This document shows positions 37,139 to 44,599 of a stretch of 64,000 nucleotides of DNA, one piece after another. The position numbers were made by a program, and so were the translations under genes. The notes below the pieces were generated by a model. It saw only the letters and a list, made by a program, of their open reading frames with translations. It was not told where the DNA came from and ran no database searches. The number at the start of each line of letters is the position of its first letter. The first letter of the stretch is position 1. The stretch is from assembly GCA_963753125.1 (NCBI GenBank), contig CAVWAU010000004.1:54445-118444 (forward strand). The letters are read 5' to 3'. Source of the stretch: an uncultured Chloroflexia bacterium. Lineage in GTDB: Bacteria > Chloroflexota > Limnocylindria > QHBO01.

Positions 37139-38239
37139 ATGACCTCGACGCTGCCGACGACGCCGCTCAGTCGCGCCTCGACCCTGCCGAAGCGGTACTT
37201 CCTCGATCCCGACATCCTCGAGGCCGAGAAGGAACGGATCTTCGGCAGCACCTGGCAGCTCGTCGCAAAGACCGATGAGCTCCAGCGCATCGGCGACTTC
37301 GTGCCGGTGACGGTCCTCGACGAGCCGGTCGTCATCACACGCGGCCTGGAGGGGGAGCTGCGGGCCTTCTACAACGTCTGCCGGCATCGGGCCGGGCAGG
37401 TGGCGCTCTCCAAGGGCAATCGCAAGTCGCTCCAGTGCCGATACCACGGCTGGACCTACGGGCTGGACGGGTGTCTTCGCGCCGCTCCCGAGATGGAGGA
37501 GACCGAGGGATTCTCCAAGGACGACTTCGGGCTGATGCCGGTTCGCGTCGACGCCTGGGGCCCGTTCGTGTTCGTGTGCCTATCGGACTCGGCGCCGGCT
37601 TTGCGCGACATGATCGGGGCGATTCCCTCGGAGGTCGCAGCGGCCGGCTACGACGTGGAGTCCATGCGACTGGTCGAGCGGCGCGAGTACGTCGTCGAAT
37701 GCAACTGGAAGGTCTACGTCGACAACTACCTCGAGGGCTACCACCTGCCGATCGCGCACCCGCAGCTCTACAAGGAGCTCGACTACGACGCCTACCGCGT
37801 CGAGGAGTTCCGGTACTACAGCAAGCAGCACGCGCCGATCCGGGAGCTGAAACCGGGGGAGGAGATCGGGGTCGACCGTCGCTTCCTGCGTCAGCCTGGC
37901 GCCGAGGACTCGGCGCTCTACTTCTGGCTGTTCCCGAACACGATGTTCAACATCTACCAGGACAACATGTCCTCGAACGTCATCCTGCCGCTGGGCGTGG
38001 ACCGCACGCTCACGATCTTCGAGTGGTTCTTCGCCGACCCCGGTTCCGGCCCCGGCTGGGAGTCGATGCAGCAGACGATCGCCTTCTCCGACGAGATCCA
38101 GCAAGAGGACATCGTCATCTGCGAGCAGGTTCAGCGCGGCCTCCGATCACGCTCTTACGAGGCCGGCCGCTTCTCCGCCAAGCGCGAGAACGGCGTCTAC
38201 CACTTCCAGAACCTCGTCCGCGAGTTCCTCGGGAAGTAG
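37139..38239 (+). CDS. Rieske [2Fe-2S] aromatic-ring-hydroxylating oxygenase alpha subunit-like protein
   Basis: CRHRAG...CRYHGW is the Rieske motif, with mononuclear-iron EGYHLPIAH further on. The real ATG is at 37139; the 463-aa ORF N-terminus is antisense to the SBP gene. Confidence 0.85.
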   Translation: MTSTLPTTPLSRASTLPKRYFLDPDILEAEKERIFGSTWQLVAKTDELQRIGDFVPVTVLDEPVVITRGLEGELRAFYNVCRHRAGQVALSKGNRKSLQCRYHGWTYGLDGCLRAAPEMEETEGFSKDDFGLMPVRVDAWGPFVFVCLSDSAPALRDMIGAIPSEVAAAGYDVESMRLVERREYVVECNWKVYVDNYLEGYHLPIAHPQLYKELDYDAYRVEEFRYYSKQHAPIRELKPGEEIGVDRRFLRQPGAEDSALYFWLFPNTMFNIYQDNMSSNVILPLGVDRTLTIFEWFFADPGSGPGWESMQQTIAFSDEIQQEDIVICEQVQRGLRSRSYEAGRFSAKRENGVYHFQNLVREFLGK

Positions 38240-38256
38240 CACCCGGCGCCATTCTC

Positions 38257-38387
38257 GTCAGATTCAGTTGGCAGCCGCGGTATCTGCGTCATCGGTCCGC
38301 CGGCCCGTCAACTGCGGCTGTGACCCTGCAGGGCGGCGACTTCTGACGCGTTTCGCATCGGTAGTGCGGCGGTCACCTGAATCTGAC
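38257..38387. repeat. MITE-like 131-bp element with ~26-bp terminal inverted repeats, copy 1
   Basis: Left end GTCAGATTCAGTTGGCAGCCGCGGTA. Right end GGTAGTGCGGCGGTCACCTGAATCTGAC. Confidence 0.6.
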
Positions 38388-38737
38388 AGGCTGTGGAACC
38401 AGAGCAGGCCCGAGGCGGGAAGCGTTGGGGTTCGGAGCCATCGCCGCGTCGAGCCGCCCCGGATCGCGAACGTCTCGAGAAGCGCCTCGTGCCGAGCGAC
38501 GATGCGGCGGTTCGTGCTGTCCTCCGCAAGCACCAGCGCCCTCACCGCGGACGACGGCGGCCCAAGGCCGAGCTCTCGCGAGATGACGCCGGCGAGCCGC
38601 ATTTTCGTATCGAGCCGATGGAGCGTCTCCTGGAGATTCCCCAGCCTGGACTTCACCTCGACGATGAGCAGGATCCGATGGACCGGATGCCACGCAACGA
38701 GGTCGCAGCTGCCTCGATCGCCGTAGTGGTTGAACGT
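38264..38737 (-). pseudogene. PD-(D/E)xK nuclease-like (YraN/UPF0102-like) gene remnant lying between two copies of the element
   Basis: Stop-to-stop frame on the minus strand. TFNHYGDRGSCDLVAWHPVHRILLIVEVKSRLGN... carries the D...EVK motif. The C-terminal 41 codons are read from element copy 1, and an in-frame TGA sits immediately upstream. Confidence 0.3.
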
Positions 38738-38789
38738 TCACGCCATCTTCGCGATCGCCGCATACTGCGTGCGTACGGCGCGCTTATTG

Positions 38790-38920
38790 ATCAGATTCAG
38801 ATGAGGGCCGCACTACGCGCTGAATCGGCCCGCCTACTCGTCATATGCGGCGCTGGTCCTGCAGCTCGGCGGGTGGAGGCGCCGCTCGCCGAGTTAGTGC
38901 GGCAGTGGCATGAATCTGAC
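38790..38920. repeat. MITE-like 131-bp element, copy 2
   Basis: Left end ATCAGATTCAGATGAGGGCCGCACTA. Right end GTTAGTGCGGCAGTGGCATGAATCTGAC. Same orientation and length as copy 1; the interior is about 60% identical, with a shared CCTGCAG core. Confidence 0.6.
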
Positions 38921-38953
38921 GGAACGTCGCTACTGGCCCGCTACGCTCCACAA

Positions 38954-39226
38954 ATGACCTACGAGGAGCTCCTCGAAATCGCACGCAAGAACGCAGGCAA
39001 GACGCTCGAGACCGTCACCGGGAAGCGCTTCACCGTCGGCATCTACCGCGACTGCCCGTTCTTCACGCCGGCCTCGAGCGGCTACGGCCAGAGCGACGGC
39101 CGCCCCGCGGCCGAGCGCTTCCTCCGGCGGTACAACGAGACCGGCAGCCTCCGCCCGGGCGACTACGCGGACGTCACCAGGAACGCGTCGTACTTCATCG
39201 GTCTCCTGATCAACGGCGTACGCTGA
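38954..39226 (+). CDS. hypothetical small protein (90 aa)
   Basis: MTYEELLEIARKNAGKTLETVTGKRFTVGIYRDCPFFTPASSGYGQSDGRP... Starts 34 bp after copy 2 and ends 5 bp before the C-N hydrolase gene. Confidence 0.5.
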   Translation: MTYEELLEIARKNAGKTLETVTGKRFTVGIYRDCPFFTPASSGYGQSDGRPAAERFLRRYNETGSLRPGDYADVTRNASYFIGLLINGVR

Positions 39227-39230
39227 ACGG

Positions 39231-40085
39231 ATGACGACCACCCCACCGACCAGGGCCGACGGCAAGCTGACGGTCGCCCTCGTCTCGGAGGTCTTCTGGG
39301 AGGCCGATGGCGCCCAGCGCCTCCGCCAGCGCCTCGCCGAGGTTGCCGAGCGTGGCGCGGACCTCGCGGTTCTCCCGGAGATCCCGCTCAACCCGTGGCG
39401 CCCCGCCAGCAGGGAGGCGCACGATGACGACGCCGAGCCGATGGACGGGCCCCGCTCGAAGGCCCAGCAGGACGCGGCGAGGGAAGCCGGGATCGGCTTG
39501 GTGGGCGGCATCATCCACCGCGAGCCGGACACGGGCCGCCGGACGAGCCGCGCGCTGATCATCGACGGCGCCGGCCAGATCCGGGCGACCTACGAGAAGC
39601 TCCACCTGCCGGAGGAGCCGGGCTTCTGGGAGACGAGCCACTACGAGCCGGGCACCAAGCCGCCGAACAGGATCGACGCCTTCAGCCTGCCCATCGGTGT
39701 CCAGATCTGCTCCGACAACAACCGGCCGCAGGGGACGCACCTGCTCGGGGCACAGGGCGCGATGGCGGTCGTCGTCCCGAGAGCCAGCGAGGAGAAGACC
39801 TACCAGCGCTGGAAGAGCGTCTTCCGCTCGAATGCGCTGACCGGCTGCCTCTACGTCCTGAGCGTGAACCGCCCGCATCCGGAGGAGGGCGTGCTGATCG
39901 GCGGGCCGAGCGTCGCCTTCGACCCCAACGGCGAGCTCCTCACGGAAACCACGGACCAGGTCGCTCTCGTCACCCTGGCAGCCTCAACGGTGACCGATGC
40001 GCGCCGCGCGTATCCCGGGTATCTGCCGATCCACGCCCGCCTCTACGCCGATGCCTGGGCCGAGATCGCCGGAACCGACGGCTGA
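39231..40085 (+). CDS. carbon-nitrogen hydrolase family protein (nitrilase/amidase superfamily)
   Basis: 284 aa. LAVLPE is the catalytic Glu region, a Lys region follows, and IGVQICSDN is the catalytic Cys. Confidence 0.8.
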   Translation: MTTTPPTRADGKLTVALVSEVFWEADGAQRLRQRLAEVAERGADLAVLPEIPLNPWRPASREAHDDDAEPMDGPRSKAQQDAAREAGIGLVGGIIHREPDTGRRTSRALIIDGAGQIRATYEKLHLPEEPGFWETSHYEPGTKPPNRIDAFSLPIGVQICSDNNRPQGTHLLGAQGAMAVVVPRASEEKTYQRWKSVFRSNALTGCLYVLSVNRPHPEEGVLIGGPSVAFDPNGELLTETTDQVALVTLAASTVTDARRAYPGYLPIHARLYADAWAEIAGTDG

Positions 40086-40103
40086 GACGGCTGGGCGCGG
40101 AAC

Positions 40104-40793
40104 CTAGCTCTCGGCGAGGTTGAACCGCTTCGTCGCGATCAGCCGGTCACCGATGTAGACGCGCCACGAATACTGGCCCGCGCCCCACTCATCGATGAAG
40201 TTCTCCGCCGGACCCACGACATAGCCGAACACCGTCGCGTCAGGGCTGACCCCGATCGCCTCGCGTGGCAGGACGACAGTTCGGGCATCGTCCACGCGGA
40301 CCACCTCGTTCAGGATCTGGTCGGCGCCGAAGCCGTCGGGCATCTCGACGGAGTACGCGAAGGTCATTGACGGCGTGAACGTCTCCACCGCCTCGGCGAT
40401 CTTGTCCTCGCCATTGAGCGTCTGGCCGAACGCGATCGTCCCCGGGTATTGAATGGGGGCTGGGGTCGGGGCCGGAGAGTCGGTCGGGAGCGGCGTTTCG
40501 GTGGGCTCGGCCGTCGCCGAAGGGGTGGCGCTCGGCGTCGGCGCGCCCTCGCCGACGAGCGGATCGGTCGTGTTGAGGCTGGAGACGAATAGGCCGATCA
40601 GCACCGCCCCGAAGATCGTGCCGATCACGGCCGCGATCGAGATGAGCGAGTTGATGTCGGTCGGAAAGCGACCGGTCGGGACCGTGCGCGCCTGGCCATG
40701 CCGCAGGGGGACGCCACACGATCGGCACACCTGCGCCCACTCGGGATTCGATCGGCCGCAGTTGTAGCAGTCGACGGTCTCGTCGGTCGTCAT
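40104..40793 (-). CDS. zinc-ribbon domain membrane protein (hypothetical)
   Basis: N-terminal CYNCGRSNPEWAQVCRSCG zinc ribbon, one TM helix, a Pro/Thr-rich linker and a C-terminal globular domain. Confidence 0.55.
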   Translation of the reverse strand: MTTDETVDCYNCGRSNPEWAQVCRSCGVPLRHGQARTVPTGRFPTDINSLISIAAVIGTIFGAVLIGLFVSSLNTTDPLVGEGAPTPSATPSATAEPTETPLPTDSPAPTPAPIQYPGTIAFGQTLNGEDKIAEAVETFTPSMTFAYSVEMPDGFGADQILNEVVRVDDARTVVLPREAIGVSPDATVFGYVVGPAENFIDEWGAGQYSWRVYIGDRLIATKRFNLAES

Positions 40794-41084
40794 GGAGGGC
40801 GAGCGGAGCTCCTCGATGCATCCGGGGGGTGGCGACGAAGCCTAGCACGCAGGTGGCCGCCGGCGGTGAGAACGCCGACGGCCGGTAGCCGATCCCGCAA
40901 CGGACCGACCGTCACCCAGTCTATCGGCCTCTACGTCATCCGGCCCGCGCCTCCCCGGACGCTTCTCACAGGACCGATACCGTCGGGCGCCCGATGGGCG
41001 CCATCGGTCCATGGCCGTACCGTGGCTGCACGACGGCGCACCCAATGCGCCACCGAACGACACGGTCCAGGAGGTCCCCACGAG

Positions 41085-41267
41085 ATGAACGGAACGACGA
41101 CGACCAACGTCCATGGCCGCTCCGTGCAGCTCGCGGTCATGGCCGCACCATCGGCGAGCGTCGCCGAGGCGGTGGCTGAGGCGCGACGCCGGCACGAAAC
41201 GCCCGGCGCGTGGATTTCCCGCCCGGTTTCCGGGCCCTCGCTTCGCACGCAGGCGGCCGCCACCTGA
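41085..41267 (+). CDS. hypothetical small ORF (60 aa)
   Basis: AGGAGG lies 10 nt upstream of the ATG. MNGTTTTNVHGRSVQLAVMAAPSASVAEAVAEARRRHETPGAWISRPVSG. There is no family support. Confidence 0.25.
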   Translation: MNGTTTTNVHGRSVQLAVMAAPSASVAEAVAEARRRHETPGAWISRPVSGPSLRTQAAAT

Positions 41268-41403
41268 GCGTCGAGCCCCTCGCCGCGCGCCGGTTGTGCG
41301 GCCGCCTCGCGGTGCCGCGGAGCGCCGCTGCGCGAGGATCGCGTGCGGTCGCGGCCCAAGATCTGCATGATTGCGGCGGCGTTCAATCGCTTGGAGGTGC
41401 CCC

Positions 41404-41769
41404 ATGACCAGCCCAACCATGGCCGGCGAGCCCCAGCCACCCGCATCCACCACGCCGCCTCCGTCGGTCGTCGACGAGCTGCTGCGCGATTACCACGATG
41501 CCCGTCGTCGGGAGGACCAGTGGCGCATCCCGCAGCTGCTGCTCGCGCTCGCGACACCCATCGTGGCGTTCATCACCGTCCTCTTCACGCTCGCCGGGGC
41601 GAAGGACTACGCGGTCATCTCTGGAGCGGTGGCGATCGTCACCGGTACGGGAGCGGCGCTGATCGCCACCGAAGTGTGGCGCTGGCATCGGACCGCGATC
41701 GGGATCGCCAACAGCGTGCGCGATGAGCACCCTGGCGATGCGGCTCTGCTGCTCAAGGACCCGCTCTGA
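41404..41769 (+). CDS. hypothetical membrane protein (2 TM)
   Basis: MTSPTMAGEPQP...LLLALATPIVAFITVLFTLAG...AVAIVTGTGAALIATEVW. Confidence 0.45.
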   Translation: MTSPTMAGEPQPPASTTPPPSVVDELLRDYHDARRREDQWRIPQLLLALATPIVAFITVLFTLAGAKDYAVISGAVAIVTGTGAALIATEVWRWHRTAIGIANSVRDEHPGDAALLLKDPL

Positions 41770-41934
41770 GCATCGCATCCTCAGGGGAAACCTGTTCAGC
41801 GTCCACCTTTCCGGCGGGGCCTCTTGCTGTGGAGTGGATACTGCCGTCGATGCAGGCGGAGTCAGGCGAGAAGGTGGCCGCGTTGATCCGGGTGGCAGGC
41901 TGACGGGCGAGCAGGGGGCCGTACACTCGCCGTA

Positions 41935-42276
41935 ATGGTTGGCGAAGCTTCGGCCGCACGGATCGCCCGGCGTCTTTCGCTTGCCACCTGCGTCTGCCTC
42001 AGCGCCTGCACGCTCATGGCTGAGCCCCGATCAACGGAAGGTCCGGACCTCATCAACACGACCGATGCCGAAGTGGTCGTGTTCGTGGACACACGGGCGG
42101 CGGGCGAGGTACGGGCCATGAACCTAGGTCCGGGGAGCAGCGGCATCTATGACATCGGCGTCGACAACTGCACGAAGTCTCGCCTCATTGCGAGGACACC
42201 GGACGGAGATGAGGTAGACCGCATAGCTGCCGGCCTGTGTGACGGCGAGTCGTGGGAGATCGCCGAGCCCGGCTAA
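41935..42276 (+). CDS. hypothetical lipoprotein
   Basis: Signal peptide with lipobox CLSAC. 113 aa. Confidence 0.5.
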   Translation: MVGEASAARIARRLSLATCVCLSACTLMAEPRSTEGPDLINTTDAEVVVFVDTRAAGEVRAMNLGPGSSGIYDIGVDNCTKSRLIARTPDGDEVDRIAAGLCDGESWEIAEPG

Positions 42277-42374
42277 ACGATCCGCTTGCCGTCCGTTTGC
42301 CGGAGGTCCGAACCGAACGGACGTTCAGCTTGGCCACGAGACCGAATCCACCCCGTTCCGTGCACGAACGGAGG

Positions 42375-42461
42375 TGGTGCCGGGGGTGGGACTCGAACCC
42401 ACACGGGCTTGCGCCCATCGGTGTTTGAGACCGACGCGTCTACCGATTCCGCCACCCCGGC
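42375..42461 (-). tRNA. tRNA-Leu (anticodon CAA)
   Basis: Minus-strand read GCCGGGGTGGCGGAATCGGTAGACGCGTCGGTCTCAAACACCGATGGGCGCAAGCCCGTGTGGGTTCGAGTCCCACCCCGGCACCA. Cloverleaf with a long variable arm, anticodon loop CTCAAAC and an encoded CCA. Confidence 0.85.
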
Positions 42462-42488
42462 GAGGGCAGCCGTCATTATAGGAAGCCG

Positions 42489-43100
42489 ATGGCCGACCTC
42501 CCCGAGCCGACCACTGGCACCCGAACGCAGCCGCTTCCCGACGAGGCGGCTGTCATCGCGCGAGCCGCCGATGGCGACCGGACGGCCTTCGCGCAGCTGA
42601 TGGAGCACTACCAGAGCGCCTGCTACGGCCTCGCCTGGCGGCTCCTCGGCGACCCCGACCAGGCGGCCGATGCGACCCAGGACGCCTTCATCCACGCGTA
42701 CAGGGCCATGCGCTCGTACCGCGGCGGCATCTTCCGCTCGTGGCTCCTGCGCATCACCGCGAACGCCAGCTACGACATCCTGCGTCGCCAGCAGCGGCGG
42801 CCGACGACCGTGCTCCCGGACCCCGAGGAGGGCGCGCCGGAGCTGCCTGACCGTGCCGCCGTCAACCCCGACGTCGAGGCCACGAAGGCCGAGATGTACC
42901 GCCACCTCGAGCGCGCGCTTGCGCGGCTGCCGGAAGATCAGCGAACCGCGATCGTGCTGTGCGACGTCTACGGGATGGACTACAACGAGGTCGCGGCGAT
43001 GACCCAGTCCGCGCTCGGCACCGTCAAGTCGCGCATCCACCGCGGGCGGCTTCGCCTGCGCGAGCTGCTCGCCGAGCACCGGGAACTCTTCATCCGATGA
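42489..43100 (+). CDS. ECF (sigma-70 family) RNA polymerase sigma factor
   Basis: Region 2 (FAQLMEHYQSACYGLAWRLLGDPDQAADATQDAFIHAYRAM) and region 4 (IVLCDVYGMDYNEVAAMTQSALGTVKSRIHRGRLRL). Confidence 0.9.
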   Translation: MADLPEPTTGTRTQPLPDEAAVIARAADGDRTAFAQLMEHYQSACYGLAWRLLGDPDQAADATQDAFIHAYRAMRSYRGGIFRSWLLRITANASYDILRRQQRRPTTVLPDPEEGAPELPDRAAVNPDVEATKAEMYRHLERALARLPEDQRTAIVLCDVYGMDYNEVAAMTQSALGTVKSRIHRGRLRLRELLAEHRELFIR

Positions 43101-43119
43101 GCACGTCTGGGCCGAAGGC

Positions 43120-43815
43120 ATGCTGATTCCGAACCATCCGCACGACGAGCGACTCTCGGCGCTGGCCTCGGACGATCCCGAGGCGCTCGCCGATTCCGCG
43201 CTGTCCGAACACGTCGCCTCCTGCGTCCGCTGCACCGATACCGTCGCCGAGCTCGGCGCCCTCCGCGCCTCGCTTGCCGAGCTCCCGGACCTGCCCCCGC
43301 ACCGGCCGCTCCGCCTGCTCCCACCGGTAACCGATGCAGGGCCATCGCGCGTCGACCGCGCCGGCGGCTGGGCAAGGAGGTTCTTCGCTCCGGCCCTCAC
43401 GGCCGGCGCCGCGATTGCGATGGTCGGCCTCGTCGGCACGACGGCACCGCTGCTCGGAGGCATGGCGGGCCAGGCCGATTCGGGCCAGGAGTCCCTCGAC
43501 GCCGCCGACGCCGCACAGCCCGAGACCGATGCGGGTGGTGCGCTGGGTGAGCTCTACAACAGGGAAGTAACTGGCACGAGCGAGGAGCCCGAGGCGGCCG
43601 GTGCCGCCGGCGATGGCGGGGATGCCGAAGTCCCTGCCGCGGAGCCGCTCGAGTCCGAGGTCGAGGCGGCGACGCTGGACGAGACCGGCTCGGACGCCGA
43701 ACAGTTCTCGTTCGCCGAGGAGCGGTCGGTCTGGCCGATGGTCCTCTTCGCCGGCGTCGCGATCATGATCGCGGCCGCGCTCCTGCGCTGGATCCTGGCT
43801 CCCCGTCCCGAGTGA
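43120..43815 (+). CDS. anti-sigma factor (zinc-finger HxxxCxxC type) with C-terminal TM segment
   Basis: It starts 20 bp after the sigma gene. EHVASCVRCTD is the motif, followed by an acidic linker and a C-terminal TM helix. Confidence 0.75.
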   Translation: MLIPNHPHDERLSALASDDPEALADSALSEHVASCVRCTDTVAELGALRASLAELPDLPPHRPLRLLPPVTDAGPSRVDRAGGWARRFFAPALTAGAAIAMVGLVGTTAPLLGGMAGQADSGQESLDAADAAQPETDAGGALGELYNREVTGTSEEPEAAGAAGDGGDAEVPAAEPLESEVEAATLDETGSDAEQFSFAEERSVWPMVLFAGVAIMIAAALLRWILAPRPE

Positions 43816-44003
43816 CCTTCCGCTCATTCGGTTGAGCTGAACGCGCATGCAGAGCCGCCTGGGCGCGATTCGCGCATCGGATCGAGTTGACGCCGGCACG
43901 AACGGAGCACCGATGCGCGCGTCGTGCTGCTGAGGCCTCACTCAAGCGCGGAAACCGCGCACGAAGGCGCCATCCGGCGCCGTGGTCTCGATCTACTGAA
44001 TGG

Positions 44004-44543
44004 TCAGAGCGCCAGGCGACCCGCGACCGCCGCCCCGGCCAGCAGCAGCACGATCAGTCCCGCCGCCAGCAGCGCGGCCCACGCGGAGTCACGGAACGTC
44101 GACGGCAGGGGATCCGGCCGTGGCGGGCGACGCGTTCGAGGAATGACGACCTCGCCGGGCTGGCGCACCGTGCGTGGAGCGGCGCGGGTGTCGTCGGCGG
44201 TGGCGCGCCACGAGGCCCAGGTGCGAGTCGACGCCGGCTGCATCGGTCGGATCGGCGTGCGGGAAGCTGCCCAGTGACCGCCGGAGGCGGCGGCGGCGAC
44301 CGTCCCGGCCGCGGGATACGAGCGGTCGAAGTCGCGGCGACGGATGGGGTTCGAGAGGATCGCCCACGCCTCGTTGATGCGGCGCATCTGCTCGGCCGCA
44401 TCGGTGACGGCCGCGGCGCCCTCGTGGAGGTCGGGGTGGTGGCGCTTCGCGAGCCGCCGGTGAGCGCGCGCGACCTGGAGCGGCGTCGCGTCGCGGGCGA
44501 CGCCCAGGATCGCGTACGGATCGAGGGTCCGACTGGCCTGCAT
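44004..44543 (-). CDS. J-domain (DnaJ-like) membrane-anchored protein, second copy
   Basis: DPYAILGVARDATPLQVARAHRRLAKRHHPD, with a C-terminal TM helix. Confidence 0.8.
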   Translation of the reverse strand: MQASRTLDPYAILGVARDATPLQVARAHRRLAKRHHPDLHEGAAAVTDAAEQMRRINEAWAILSNPIRRRDFDRSYPAAGTVAAAASGGHWAASRTPIRPMQPASTRTWASWRATADDTRAAPRTVRQPGEVVIPRTRRPPRPDPLPSTFRDSAWAALLAAGLIVLLLAGAAVAGRLAL

Positions 44544-44599
44544 CGGGTCTGATTCTACGGCGGCCGGGGGGCCGCCATCGGTCTAGACTTCACGCACCG

